A DNA stretch of 64,000 nucleotides from Polyangiaceae bacterium (GCA_043717125.1 JAYSXP010000524.1:3936-67935), one strand, 5' to 3'. Shown: positions 22,039-32,385, counted from the first letter of the stretch. Program-made: numbers and translations. The notes: generated by a model from the sequence alone, not told the origin.

Positions 22039-22566
22039 TCAGTTGGCGTCGGCGTCGTTGCCGGCGTCGGCAATGTTCGACGCCTGACACTCTTTATCGC
22101 AGTTGTTCGTCAAGCAGCCGGCGAGCGCGATGCCGAGCTGCTGCGTCGCCTTGGGCACGCCCTGGAACGAGGACGCACACGCGAATTGCTGCGCCTGTGT
22201 CTGCGCCTTCGCGACGCACTCGAGGCCCTTGGCCGCGATGCCCTGGCAGGGGCAGTCGGCCTTGCACGCGTCGATCTCGTTCGCGCACTTCACCTTCGCG
22301 CAGCCGAGGCAAACGCCGACCGACGATGCGCCGTCGGCGATCGCCGCGTCGGGCACGTCCTTCAGGATGTCCGCGTTCTTGTCACACGTCGGCGCAGCGT
22401 CGGCCGCGTCGTGAACGGACGTGTCCTTCACGGTCGCGTCGACCACGTCCTGACCGGCGTCGGTCGCGGCGGCGCTGTCGCTCTGCGTGCCACCGCAAGC
22501 CTGGACCGCGAAGCCCCCGGCGAAGAGAACCGCAGAAAAGCCAATGACGAAGAAGCGAATACGCAT
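22039..22566 (-). CDS. Cys-rich lipoprotein (paralog 2)
   Basis: Signal ...VQAC; same Cys skeleton; GGAGG RBS upstream. Confidence 0.78.
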   Translation of the reverse strand: MRIRFFVIGFSAVLFAGGFAVQACGGTQSDSAAATDAGQDVVDATVKDTSVHDAADAAPTCDKNADILKDVPDAAIADGASSVGVCLGCAKVKCANEIDACKADCPCQGIAAKGLECVAKAQTQAQQFACASSFQGVPKATQQLGIALAGCLTNNCDKECQASNIADAGNDADAN

Positions 22567-22662
22567 GATGCCGTCCTCCCGGAAACCCGCGACGTCTTTA
22601 CACGAGGGCCAGCGCGAGCGCTACTCGCCCTCGCGGGAGCCTCGGCGTAAGGTTCGAGGTCC

Positions 22663-25071
22663 ATGCGCGCGCGTCAAAGGCTCGTCCCGCTGCTCTCCTT
22701 TCTGGTGCCGGTCGTCGTCGCGGCCTCGGCCTGCTCGAGCGACCCGGCGGCGGCGCCCGCCGCAGAAAATACGGTGCACGCGCGATTCCGCCTCGGGACG
22801 GATCCCCTCCCCGGCTTCCTCGACGTCCCGTTCCCCTCCGATGCGTACCTCGAGGGCGGCCATTTCACCGCGGCACTTCCGGGCCTCGAGCGCACCTTCA
22901 AGAACAACTCGGGGGTCCTCGCCACGCAGCTCGCCCTGACGAGCGGCTGGTCTCGCATCGCCCCCGTGCTCTTCCTCGTCGACGACCCCGCGCTCCCCAA
23001 GCTCGACAACGGGGAAGAGACGGGCGCCGGCATCGACCGGATGACACTCCCGGCAGACGAGGATGCGTGCAAGGCCGATGGCAGCGCGGTGTTCCTGATC
23101 GACCTGGAGGCGACCGATCCCAGCTCCGCGCGCGTTCCGTGCCGCGCGACCACGCTCGACGAACGCGATCGCGAGAGCAGCCGCTTCTACGTCGCGATCG
23201 GTCCCGCGCGCGGTTTCGTACTGGCGGAGGGTCATCACTACGCGGCGGTCATGACGAGCCGTCTCAAGACCGAAGCGGGCGTCGCCCTCGGAGCCTCGAC
23301 CGACTTCCTCACGACTGCGGTGAAGAAGGAGGGCGCGCTCGGCTCCCTCTACGGCGCCGCCTACGACAAGATCATGGGCGCGATCGGCAGCGCCCTCGCC
23401 GCCGACAAGGCGCAGATCGTGGCGGTCGCGCCCTACACGACCCAGAAGGTCACGGCGGAGCTCTTCGCGGTCCGCGACTCGATGGAAAGCGCGCCCGCGC
23501 CGGTGCTCTCGTGGGACGCAGCGTCGGTCCTCCCGATGACCAACGCGAAGTTCGCGACGAAGTCGGGCGGCGTGCTCCCCACGGGTTTCGCAGCGAGCCT
23601 CGACGACTGGCTCGGCGTCGTGGCGGCGGGCGCGAAGCTACCGGACGGCAGCGACGACCCCGACGACTCCCTGCCCGTGCGCGCGCACGACAAGCTCGCC
23701 GCGGTCGGCACCGCCGTGTTCTCCGCGCCGAACTACCTGCGCGTCCGCCCCGGGAAATACGACGATCTCGAGCACGCGACGTTCGCGCGGGACGGAGCCG
23801 GAGTCCCCGTGGTCGCCCCCGAGAAGCCAACGTCGAAGATCTGGGTGACCCTCGCGGTCCCGACCGCGCCCATGCCCGCCGCGGGCTACCCCGTCGTCAT
23901 CGTGCAGCACGGGCTCAACGGCTCGCGCGAGTACCTGCTCTCGATGGCGAACCACATCGCGTCGAAGGGCTGGATGGCCGTCGCGATCGACAGCGTGACC
24001 TTCGGCGCGCGCGGCGCGGACCCGAAGTACCTCGTCGATGCCGTCAACGACAACGCGAAGGCGCCCGGCGCCGTGTACGCGGGCGGCGACGGCATCAACG
24101 ACCTCGTCGCGGGCGAGCGCGGCGGCAGCTTCGACTTCTTCGGCAGCCTGAAGAACCTCCTCGCGCTTCGCGATCAGCTGAGGCAGGCCGCGCTCGACAC
24201 GGTGTCGCTCGTGAAGGTCCTGCGCGCGAACCCCGATCTGTCGGCACTCACGACTGGGGCGACGGCACCGAAGATCGATCCCGCGCACATCGCGTACGTC
24301 GGCGACTCGCTCGGCGCGATCGAGGGCGCCCTCGCGGCCGCGCTCGAGCCGAACGTGAACGCGTGGACGCTCAACGTCGGCGGCGGCGGCGTCATCTCGG
24401 AGGCCGCGGCGCACGGGCCGGTGATCAACTCGAACCTCGCGCTCGCGGGCACGGTGAACTTCGGATTCGGCGCCACGCTCTACACCGAGGCGCATCCCGT
24501 CGTCGTGATCGCCCAGACGCTCATCGAGGCTGGCGATCCCATCGCGTTCGCCGACCGCCTCGTGATGAAGCCCGCGACGCTCGCGGGCGCACCGACGAAG
24601 GCGCGCAACATCCTCCAGATCTCGGTGCTGTTCGACGCGCTGGTCGCCAACGAGGCGAACGAGGCGCTCGCGCGCGCCGCCGGCTACGCGCTCGCGTCGC
24701 CCAACGTCGGGCTCAACTCGGGGATGGCCGACCTCACGACTCTCGCGCCGTATCGCGGCGGCGGGATCAAGCTCCCGATCCTGCCCGAGGCGCCCGGCGG
24801 CTATCATGACGTGCCCGTAGCGGGCTCGACGGCCATCCTCATCCAGGCCGCGCCCGCCCAGCACGGCGCGGACCTCGTTCGTGCGAAATGCGAGCGCACG
24901 TACCGCATCCCCTACAACGCGCCGGACGGGAAGCTCGACCTCACGGCCCAGGCTCCCGCACCGATCACGTGTCCGTACCTCGGCCTCCAGGACACCATGC
25001 TGCGGTTCTTCGGTGATGCGTTCGAAGGTCGCGTCCCCGTCGTGACGGGTTTCCCCATCCCGACACGCTGA
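22663..25071 (+). CDS. extracellular alpha/beta-hydrolase (lipase-like) lipoprotein
   Basis: Lipobox AASAC, PFPSD N-terminal motif, PVVIVQHG oxyanion region, nucleophile elbow YVGDSLG. Confidence 0.78.
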   Translation: MRARQRLVPLLSFLVPVVVAASACSSDPAAAPAAENTVHARFRLGTDPLPGFLDVPFPSDAYLEGGHFTAALPGLERTFKNNSGVLATQLALTSGWSRIAPVLFLVDDPALPKLDNGEETGAGIDRMTLPADEDACKADGSAVFLIDLEATDPSSARVPCRATTLDERDRESSRFYVAIGPARGFVLAEGHHYAAVMTSRLKTEAGVALGASTDFLTTAVKKEGALGSLYGAAYDKIMGAIGSALAADKAQIVAVAPYTTQKVTAELFAVRDSMESAPAPVLSWDAASVLPMTNAKFATKSGGVLPTGFAASLDDWLGVVAAGAKLPDGSDDPDDSLPVRAHDKLAAVGTAVFSAPNYLRVRPGKYDDLEHATFARDGAGVPVVAPEKPTSKIWVTLAVPTAPMPAAGYPVVIVQHGLNGSREYLLSMANHIASKGWMAVAIDSVTFGARGADPKYLVDAVNDNAKAPGAVYAGGDGINDLVAGERGGSFDFFGSLKNLLALRDQLRQAALDTVSLVKVLRANPDLSALTTGATAPKIDPAHIAYVGDSLGAIEGALAAALEPNVNAWTLNVGGGGVISEAAAHGPVINSNLALAGTVNFGFGATLYTEAHPVVVIAQTLIEAGDPIAFADRLVMKPATLAGAPTKARNILQISVLFDALVANEANEALARAAGYALASPNVGLNSGMADLTTLAPYRGGGIKLPILPEAPGGYHDVPVAGSTAILIQAAPAQHGADLVRAKCERTYRIPYNAPDGKLDLTAQAPAPITCPYLGLQDTMLRFFGDAFEGRVPVVTGFPIPTR

Positions 25072-25210
25072 CTCGCACCTACCTCCGCCGACTCCGTTCT
25101 CTCCTCCATGAGCTTTGACGGGGGCGCCGGCACCGGCGGGGTGCTAATTCTCATCGTTGCTCGCGGCTCTGCGAGTCGCTTCACCCAGACCAGACCCGGG
25201 GTCACTCGGA

Positions 25211-26260
25211 ATGCGGCGTCTCTCGTCCAGACTCGAACGCTGGCCCCTCTTGCTCGCGAACGTTCCCGTTCCCCCGAGCACACGAAGCCGTCGGATCGCC
25301 GCGACTGGAATCGGCATCGCTGGCCTCGCGCTGTCGGCGTTCCCCGACCTTCCGGTCCCGCTCGCGCTGCGGGTGACGCTCGGCATCGCGTCCCTTCTCG
25401 CGATCGTCTGGGCGGCGTTCGCGCGCCATCCGGCTCGATCGCGACGCCTGCCTAGCGGCACCTACCTCGAGGCCGACGACGACGGCATCACGCGCACCAC
25501 CAAGCTCGAGCCCGGCACCAAGAAGTCGATCCTCTCGTGGGATGCGCCGTTCGGCGTCGCGCTGCTCGCGTCGTACGGCCGGCCGACCGCACTGCTCGCC
25601 TTCACGACCCCCACCCAGACTCGCTACGTCCCCGCGCGCATCGATGACCGCAGCGAGGCCGATGACGAGCTCCTTGCCCGCATCGCGGTGCTCGCCGATC
25701 TCGACCTCGTCGACGGCGTCGCACACGACGCCGCCCTCACCTCGGCGGCGACCGCTTCGCTCGTGAGGCACGTGGAGGGTCGTGACAAGCACGCGCTCGG
25801 TCGCGTCTTCCTCAGCGATGGCAAGGGAATGCCGATCGCCCTCGACCGCGCCACCCTCGCGATCGGCGAGCGCACCTTCGACCTCACGAGCCAGCTCGAG
25901 TGGCGCCCGCTGATGTTCCACGAGTCGACGGGCCAGGCGGCCGCGCTCTACCAGGCGACGTGGATCAAGCAGGGGGGCTCCGAAGTCGTGCTCGTCGCGC
26001 CGATGCCCGCGTCGATCGTCCCCCGCGACGGCAGCGCGCACCGCGACGCCAGCGGCCGCCTCGGGCGGGCCCTTACCCGCGACCTGCGGCTCCTCCAGGC
26101 GCCCGCCGAGAATCCGCCCTCGCGCGACGTGCGCGTCGCCATCGACCGCCCCTTCATGATGGCTGTCCGCCGCGTGCTCGACGACGCACCGCTCGCCGCG
26201 CGGGTGCTGCCGGACCCGCCGCCGCGGCCCACGCCTACCCTGCGCGGCACACTCCCCTGA
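25211..26260 (+). CDS. hypothetical membrane protein
   Basis: Long ORF with two N-terminal TM helices, directly upstream of metG; start uncertain. Confidence 0.7.
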   Translation: MRRLSSRLERWPLLLANVPVPPSTRSRRIAATGIGIAGLALSAFPDLPVPLALRVTLGIASLLAIVWAAFARHPARSRRLPSGTYLEADDDGITRTTKLEPGTKKSILSWDAPFGVALLASYGRPTALLAFTTPTQTRYVPARIDDRSEADDELLARIAVLADLDLVDGVAHDAALTSAATASLVRHVEGRDKHALGRVFLSDGKGMPIALDRATLAIGERTFDLTSQLEWRPLMFHESTGQAAALYQATWIKQGGSEVVLVAPMPASIVPRDGSAHRDASGRLGRALTRDLRLLQAPAENPPSRDVRVAIDRPFMMAVRRVLDDAPLAARVLPDPPPRPTPTLRGTLP

Positions 26261-26287
26261 CCTCCATTCGTGCTAAGCCGTCCCGCG

Positions 26288-28294
26288 ATGGGACGCTTCT
26301 ACGTCACGACTCCGATCTACTACGTGAACGACGTGCCGCACCTCGGCACGGCCTACACGACCGTCGTAGCGGATGCGCTTCGGCGCTTCCATCAGGTCGT
26401 CGGCGACGAGACGTTCATGCTCACCGGGACGGACGAGCACGGCCTCAAGATCGAGCGTGAAGCGAAGGCCCAGGGCCTCGACCCGAAGACCTTCTGCGAC
26501 GGCATCAGCGCGCGCTTCCGCGAGGCCTGGCCGAAGCTCGAGATCACCCCCGACCGCTTCATCCGCACGACGGACCCCGACCACGAGGCCTTCGTCCAGG
26601 AGCTCTGGAAGACGATCGAGAAGAACGGCGACCTCTACGAGGGCGAGTACGAGGGCTGGTACTGCGTCGGCTGCGAGTCGCTGAAGACGGAGAAGGAGCT
26701 CGAGCCGGGCAACCTATGCCCCCTCCACAAGACGCCGGTCGAGCGCGTGAAGGAAAAGTCGTACTTCTTCAAGCTCGAGAAGTGGCAAGAGCGGCTCCTC
26801 AAGCTGTACGAGGACCACCCGAAATTCATCCAGCCCGAGTCGCGGCGGAACGAGGTGCTCTCGTTCGTGAAGAGCGGCCTCAAGGATCTCTCCGTGTCGC
26901 GCACCACGTTCTCGTGGGGCATCCCGGTGCCAGGCAACCCGAAGCACGTGATGTACGTGTGGTTCGACGCGCTCACGAACTACCGCAGCGCGCTCGGCAC
27001 AGGCGACCTCGCTCGGTTCTGGGCGCCGGACGCGAAGGTCGTGCACCTCATGGGCAAGGACATCCTTCGTTTCCACGCCGTGTTCTGGCCCGCGTTCCTA
27101 TTGAGTGCAGGATACACGGAAAAGCAGCTTCCCGACGTCATCTACGCGCATGGCTTCTTGACCGTCGACGGACAGAAGATGAGCAAATCGCTCCGCAACG
27201 CGGTCGACCCACTCAAGCTTGCCGCCGAGCTCGGGCCCGACGTGTTGCGCTATCACCTGCTGCGCGCGATCGCGTTCGGTCAGGACGGCGACTTCGATCA
27301 CGCAGCGCTCCTCGAGCGTTACAACGCCGACCTCGGAAAGAACCTCGGCAACCTGCTCTCGCGCGTCCTCGGGCTGTGCACGAAGATGACCGACAGCAAG
27401 CATCCGAGCGACGACGAGGCGACGGACGGTCCGCTCGAGGCGGAGCTCTTCGTCGCCTATGAGCAGAACGTGCGTTCTGCACGTGATGCGTGGCAGAGTC
27501 TCGCGCCGCACGCCGCGCTCGATCACGCGATGAAGCTCTCGAACGCCGCCAACCTCTATGTCGCGAAGGCCGAGCCGTGGAGCAAGAACCACGACCACGC
27601 GCGCGTGAGCAAGATCCTCTCGCGCATGCTGCGTGTGCTCGAGACGCTCAGCGTGATGCTGTGGCCCGCGATCCCGGCGAAGGCGGACGCGATGCGCGCC
27701 CAGCTCGGCCTGCCGGCGCTCGGCGTCGCTATCGGAAGCGACCTCTGGCCGGCGGCGCTTCCGCCGATTCGCGCGGGGCTCGCGCTGGCGGGCGCGGGGC
27801 CGCTGTTTCCGACCTATGACGACAAGGCGCAGAAGGAGCTGCTCGAGAAGCTCGTGCCGAAGGCGGAGGCGACCGCGACCGCGACCGCGACCGCGACCGC
27901 GCCTGCCGTCGCCGGAACCGCAACGGGGACGGGCACGGGCGAGACGATCGCCTACGACGACTTTGCGAAGGTGGACCTGAGGGTCGGACAGGTAGTGACC
28001 TGCGAGAAGGTGCCCAAAAAGGACAAGCTCCTCCGATTGACCGTCGACCTGGGGGAGGCCGAGCCGCGCACGATCGTCGCGGGGCTCGCACTCACGTTCA
28101 CGCCCGAAGCGCTCGTCGGCAAGAAGGTCATCGTGGTCGCGAACCTCGCGCCGCGCGAGTTCGGCTCGGCCGAATTCGACGGTAAGAAGGTGAAGCTCGT
28201 CTCCCACGGAATGCTCCTCGCGAGCGGCCCGTCGGAGGATCTGCGGCTGGCCACGGTCGACGGTGATGCCGCCCCGGGCTCACGGCTGAAATGA
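26288..28294 (+). CDS. metG: methionine--tRNA ligase with C-terminal tRNA-binding domain
   Basis: TTPIYYVN..PHLGTAY, TGTDEHG, YVWFDAL, GKDILRFH, KMSKS, and DDFAKVDLRVG OB-fold. Confidence 0.96.
   Translation: MGRFYVTTPIYYVNDVPHLGTAYTTVVADALRRFHQVVGDETFMLTGTDEHGLKIEREAKAQGLDPKTFCDGISARFREAWPKLEITPDRFIRTTDPDHEAFVQELWKTIEKNGDLYEGEYEGWYCVGCESLKTEKELEPGNLCPLHKTPVERVKEKSYFFKLEKWQERLLKLYEDHPKFIQPESRRNEVLSFVKSGLKDLSVSRTTFSWGIPVPGNPKHVMYVWFDALTNYRSALGTGDLARFWAPDAKVVHLMGKDILRFHAVFWPAFLLSAGYTEKQLPDVIYAHGFLTVDGQKMSKSLRNAVDPLKLAAELGPDVLRYHLLRAIAFGQDGDFDHAALLERYNADLGKNLGNLLSRVLGLCTKMTDSKHPSDDEATDGPLEAELFVAYEQNVRSARDAWQSLAPHAALDHAMKLSNAANLYVAKAEPWSKNHDHARVSKILSRMLRVLETLSVMLWPAIPAKADAMRAQLGLPALGVAIGSDLWPAALPPIRAGLALAGAGPLFPTYDDKAQKELLEKLVPKAEATATATATATAPAVAGTATGTGTGETIAYDDFAKVDLRVGQVVTCEKVPKKDKLLRLTVDLGEAEPRTIVAGLALTFTPEALVGKKVIVVANLAPREFGSAEFDGKKVKLVSHGMLLASGPSEDLRLATVDGDAAPGSRLK
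27869..27901. repeat. (GCGACC)5 coding microsatellite (Ala-Thr linker)
   Basis: Exact hexamer run in the metG interdomain linker. Confidence 0.85.
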
Positions 28295-28321
28295 TAGAAT
28301 CCATACCGTGGCCGGAGTTGC

Positions 28322-29956
28322 TTGACGGACCGTAACGCGCACGGCGCCTCGCTGGCCGCTTGCCAGCAGAACATGACGGCGCCGATTCGACCCGTCGTCG
28401 CGATCCACATCGCCTGTGAGATCGCGCGCCTCGTCGTCGGTGCGCACACCAAGGAATCGTCCCTCGGCAAGAAGGTCACGCACGTCTCGATCACCCCGGA
28501 AAACGTCTTCATCGGCTACGACGGCAACGTCGAGGTCCTCGGCATCCCGGGCATGCAGCGCCTCCAGGCGTCGGCCCCGAACCCGGCGTACTACGCCCCC
28601 GAGCAAGTCTCCGGCAGCTCGACGGATCTGCGTACCGAGGTGTTCGCGCTCGGCGTTCTGATGTGGGAGCTCTTCGCGGGAACGACCCTCTTCGGCCGCG
28701 CCACGCCCGGCGAGACACGCATGGCGATCACCGAGGGCCGCGTTCCGTACATCTGCGACTCGAACCTTGAAGTTCCGAAGCCGATCGCCGACACGCTCGT
28801 CACCGCGCTGCGCTTCGACAAGTCGGCGCGCTACGAATCGGTCGACGCGTTCGCCAAGGCACTCGTCGGCGCTCGCGCCGCAAGCGGCATCAGCGCCGCT
28901 GCCCACAAGATGGACGTCGCGACGTGGCTCACGGAGCGAGTACCGCGGGACGGCGACCCTGCCGCGAGCAAACCTCCTGCGCCGAAGGTGCCTTCGTTCG
29001 CTCCGCCGGTGCAGAGCCCGCCGCACCACGCGCCGCCGCCCGCGCATCCGCCGCCACACTGGGCGCAGCCGATGGTGCCCGACCTCGAGATCGCGCCGTC
29101 GACTCGCTCTCCGGTCGTTTCGGCCCCCCCGTCGGCTCGCGGAGTCGCCACCGCCTCGAACCAACCTCCGGCATCCGTGCGCACCGGGGCGACGCCGAGG
29201 GTCGACCCCACGGCGGCCATGGGCGCGGGCAAGACCCTCACGTTCGACGACGACGACGACGGCGGCATGTTCGACATGGAGATCGAGCGAAACGTCGCGA
29301 GCACCTCGTTCGTGCACGCGCAGGGCTCGCGTGGCCCCGCGCCCGAGGGTGGAGCGCGCCCGGGCGGGCGTCCGGGACTCGAGCTGGCCGCGCCCTCGCG
29401 CATGGCCCGCGAAGGCGCCGCCCGACCCCGCTACGCGGACGAGCCGGGCTTCGGCATGAAGCTCGCGGGGCTCGCCCTCTCTGTCGTGTTCGCTGGAGGA
29501 ATAGCCTTCTCGCTCTGGAAGTACGTGTATCGTGCAGGCGGTTTCGACGTGATGCGCAAGCTGCCGCATGCCTTCGACGGCACGTCGGCGACGCAGAGCG
29601 GTGCCGTCTCGATCGTCGCGCTGGGCGTCGCTGTCGTCCTCGGCTTCATCGGCTTCAAGCTGAGGCCCTACGCGTGGGCCATCGTCTCCGCCGGCGGTCT
29701 CACGCTTCTCCTCGCCATCGCGATGGTCACCGTCACCCTCGGCTCGACAGGCGAGAACGTCCCGCCCGACGGCGGCCTGCTCGTCCCTTATCTCCTCCCT
29801 GCTTCCGTTCTGCTCGTCTCGCTCGGGATCGTGGGTCGCGCGGGCCGCCGCTTCGCCGCCGGCTACGGCGCGCAAAAGGCGCTCGTGATTCCCTACGCCG
29901 CGATCGCCGGCGCCGTCGGCTACCTCGCGTTCGAGGTCAGTCGACTCGCTCGCTGA
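28322..29956 (+). CDS. membrane-anchored pseudokinase (kinase C-lobe only, Pro-rich linker, C-terminal multi-TM domain)
   Basis: HVSITPENVFIGYDG in place of HRD, YYAPEQ, DLRTEVFALGVLMWELFAG; no Gly-loop, VAIK or DFG; about 5 C-terminal TM helices; start TTG 28322 or ATG 28373. Confidence 0.75.
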   Translation: MTDRNAHGASLAACQQNMTAPIRPVVAIHIACEIARLVVGAHTKESSLGKKVTHVSITPENVFIGYDGNVEVLGIPGMQRLQASAPNPAYYAPEQVSGSSTDLRTEVFALGVLMWELFAGTTLFGRATPGETRMAITEGRVPYICDSNLEVPKPIADTLVTALRFDKSARYESVDAFAKALVGARAASGISAAAHKMDVATWLTERVPRDGDPAASKPPAPKVPSFAPPVQSPPHHAPPPAHPPPHWAQPMVPDLEIAPSTRSPVVSAPPSARGVATASNQPPASVRTGATPRVDPTAAMGAGKTLTFDDDDDGGMFDMEIERNVASTSFVHAQGSRGPAPEGGARPGGRPGLELAAPSRMAREGAARPRYADEPGFGMKLAGLALSVVFAGGIAFSLWKYVYRAGGFDVMRKLPHAFDGTSATQSGAVSIVALGVAVVLGFIGFKLRPYAWAIVSAGGLTLLLAIAMVTVTLGSTGENVPPDGGLLVPYLLPASVLLVSLGIVGRAGRRFAAGYGAQKALVIPYAAIAGAVGYLAFEVSRLAR

Positions 29957-29997
29957 GCGACCTCCAGGGGCGGTTCGGCTGTTCCCAGAAGACGATC

Positions 29998-30394
29998 TCG
30001 CCCTTCCGTGTCCAGGGCGCGCCACACGCGTGAGGGCGACGGGAGCTCCGCCGAGACCTCCGCGCCGAACCCGACGAGACCGAACCGCTTGTCGAGCACG
30101 ACGGCACCATCGCCCGCCGCAAGGTTGGCGATGACGCGGCTCCACTCGAAGACCGCCTGCTCCAGCTCCTCGAGGTTGGCACTCGCGCTCGACGCGAAAT
30201 CCGCCCGTCCCACCGACGCCTCCGGGGTGGCCGATGCCACGGCATCGAGGATCTTCTGCGAGCGCGCCTCGCTCGTTCGCACCGACGAGCTTGCCTGCGC
30301 ACCGCTCCGCCCCTCGAGGTCAACCCCGATCGGCGCGGCAGTGCTCCTCGACGTACTGCGCGAGGTCCGGGGGATAGGCGCGCGCGCACGCCAT
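29998..30394 (-). pseudogene. relic of a DisA_N/diadenylate-cyclase-like sensor-domain gene
   Basis: N-terminal MACARAYPPDLAQYVEEH-stop, then in another frame LEQAVFEWSRVIANLAAGDGAVVLDKRFGLVGFGAEVS...RALDTEG (DGA...GFG motif); middle and C-terminus appear missing. Confidence 0.6.
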
Positions 30395-30417
30395 GGTCGC
30401 AGCATAGGACGCGCCGT

Positions 30418-31731
30418 TCAGAGCGAGAGGCGATCGATCACGAGCGGCTTCGGAGCGGGCGCCGCATCGGCGTATGAGAAAGCACCTGCAATACGCTCGA
30501 GTACGTGGTCGGCGGCACCGCGCGTGCGTACGAAGATGCGCGCGACGACCTCCCCGACCTGGACCGGCTCGCCCGGCTTCCGGTCGATCTCGATGCCGAC
30601 CGCGGGATCGACCTTCTGATCCGCACGCGTCCTTCCCGCGCCCATCGCGACTCCAGCGAGGCCGATCGCCAGCGCGTCGATGTCGGAGACGAAGCCCGCG
30701 CGCGGCGAGCGAACCTCGACGATCTCCTTCGCAACCTCGAGACGCGACGGCTCGGCCACGACCTTGGCGTCGCCTCCTTGGGCCGCCACCATCTTCTCCA
30801 TCACGCGTATCGCCGCGCCGCTCGCGATCGCGGCACGAAGCGTGGCGGTGGCTTCGGTCGTGTCCTTGGCCTTGCCGCCGAGCACGAGCATCTCCGCGCC
30901 AAGCACCAGCGTGCACTCGACGAGGTCGGCGGGCCCCTTCCCGTGGAGAACCTCGAGCGCCTCGCGAGTCTCGTTCGCGTTGCCCACGCTCCGCCCGAGC
31001 GGCGCATCCATGCGCGTGAGCACCGCGACCACCTTCTTGCCTGCGCGCGTGCCGACGCGAACGAGCTTGTCGGCGAGATCCCTCGCGCGCTTCTCGTCCT
31101 TCATGAACGCGCCGCGCCCGACCTTCACGTCGAGCACGAGCCCGTCGATGCCCTCGGCGAGCTTCTTCGAGAGGATCGACGCAACGATGAGCGGGATCGA
31201 CTCGACGGTCGCGGTGACGTCACGGAGCGCATAGATGCGCTTGTCCGCCGGAGCGATGTCCTTCGTCTGCCCGATCATGCAGGTGCCGATTTCCCCCACG
31301 ATCCGGCTGAAATCAGCGGTCGACATGTCCGTGCGAAAACCGGGAATGGCCTCCAGCTTGTCGAGCGTTCCGCCGGTGTGCCCGAGCCCGCGTCCGCTGA
31401 CCATCGGTACCGGAACGCCGCACGCGGCGACGAGCGGCGCCAGGCAGATCGAGACCTTGTCACCAACGCCGCCCGTGGAGTGCTTGTCGACCTTCGTGCC
31501 GGGGACTGCCGCGAGATCGAGCACGCTCCCGGAATGAAGCATCGCCTCGGTGAGGGCGACGGTCTCGACGTCGTCGAGGCCGCGGAAGAACACCGCCATC
31601 AGGAACGCGGCCATCTGGTAGTCGGCGAGCGTACCGTCGGTGAACGAGGTGATCAGACGATGAACCTCCGCCTCGGCAAGGGTGCCGCCATCTCGCTTCG
31701 CCGCGAGGATCTCCACGAGCGTTCGGTCCAT
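30418..31731 (-). CDS. pdp: thymidine/pyrimidine-nucleoside phosphorylase
   Basis: KRDG, DKHSTGGVGDK, SGRGLGHTGGTLDKLE, RDVTATV, SILSKK, DVKVG.GAFM. Confidence 0.93.
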   Translation of the reverse strand: MDRTLVEILAAKRDGGTLAEAEVHRLITSFTDGTLADYQMAAFLMAVFFRGLDDVETVALTEAMLHSGSVLDLAAVPGTKVDKHSTGGVGDKVSICLAPLVAACGVPVPMVSGRGLGHTGGTLDKLEAIPGFRTDMSTADFSRIVGEIGTCMIGQTKDIAPADKRIYALRDVTATVESIPLIVASILSKKLAEGIDGLVLDVKVGRGAFMKDEKRARDLADKLVRVGTRAGKKVVAVLTRMDAPLGRSVGNANETREALEVLHGKGPADLVECTLVLGAEMLVLGGKAKDTTEATATLRAAIASGAAIRVMEKMVAAQGGDAKVVAEPSRLEVAKEIVEVRSPRAGFVSDIDALAIGLAGVAMGAGRTRADQKVDPAVGIEIDRKPGEPVQVGEVVARIFVRTRGAADHVLERIAGAFSYADAAPAPKPLVIDRLSL

Positions 31732-31796
31732 GGCGGATCATCGTAGTCCTTCTTTTGTGTAAGCTCACGGCCATGCTCGACCGCGCGCATCTCTTC

Positions 31797-32372
31797 ATGA
31801 ACGATTCCTCACGCATTCTTGCCACCACCTTCGTGCTCGTCGCCCTGACGGGCGCTTGCTCCAAGACCGAAGGCGGGACCTCCGGCATGTCGATGGCATC
31901 GACCGGTACGACGGCGCCGAGCGCGTCAGCGGCGCCGAGTGCGATGGCCGCGCCCTCGGCCAGCGCCTCGACGACCGCGACCGATCCGCCGCCGGCGTCC
32001 GCGTCCGCTGCCGCGCCGTCGACGAGCGCCGTGACGACCGCGACCGCGACCGCGACCGCGACCGCGACCGCCGCCGCCGCTCCCACGTGCGGAACGAAGC
32101 CGCTGCCCGATTGCCCGACCCAGGCCTGGATGAAGGCGAACATGAATCCGTCGGTCGCCGCCTCGGACTTCCCGGCCCTCGCGACCGCGCTCGACAAGGC
32201 CGCGACGTTAGCCCCTGCCGGCTACGTGACATGGGCCTCGATCGCGAAGGACGGCGCGAAGGCCGCGCGGGCGCAGGACATGCCCGCTACCAAGGCGTCG
32301 TGCCGAACGTGCCATGAGCAGTACAAAGAAAAGTTCAAGAAGGACACCGCGGCGCGCAGCAAGAAGATCTGA
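31797..32372 (+). CDS. monoheme cytochrome c lipoprotein (class II/cytochrome c'-like)
   Basis: Lipobox LTGAC, Ser/Thr/Ala linker, helical domain with C-terminal CRTCH heme motif. Confidence 0.75.
   Translation: MNDSSRILATTFVLVALTGACSKTEGGTSGMSMASTGTTAPSASAAPSAMAAPSASASTTATDPPPASASAAAPSTSAVTTATATATATATAAAAPTCGTKPLPDCPTQAWMKANMNPSVAASDFPALATALDKAATLAPAGYVTWASIAKDGAKAARAQDMPATKASCRTCHEQYKEKFKKDTAARSKKI
32037..32066. repeat. (ACCGCG)5 coding microsatellite (Thr-Ala linker)
   Basis: Exact hexamer run; same motif as the run in metG. Confidence 0.85.
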
Positions 32373-32385
32373 GCGGAGGCCGACC

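Noticed and set aside
26330-26360. metG HIGH motif reads HLGT
   Set aside because: Minor variant of the class I signature; all other motifs are intact, so no evidence of altered function.
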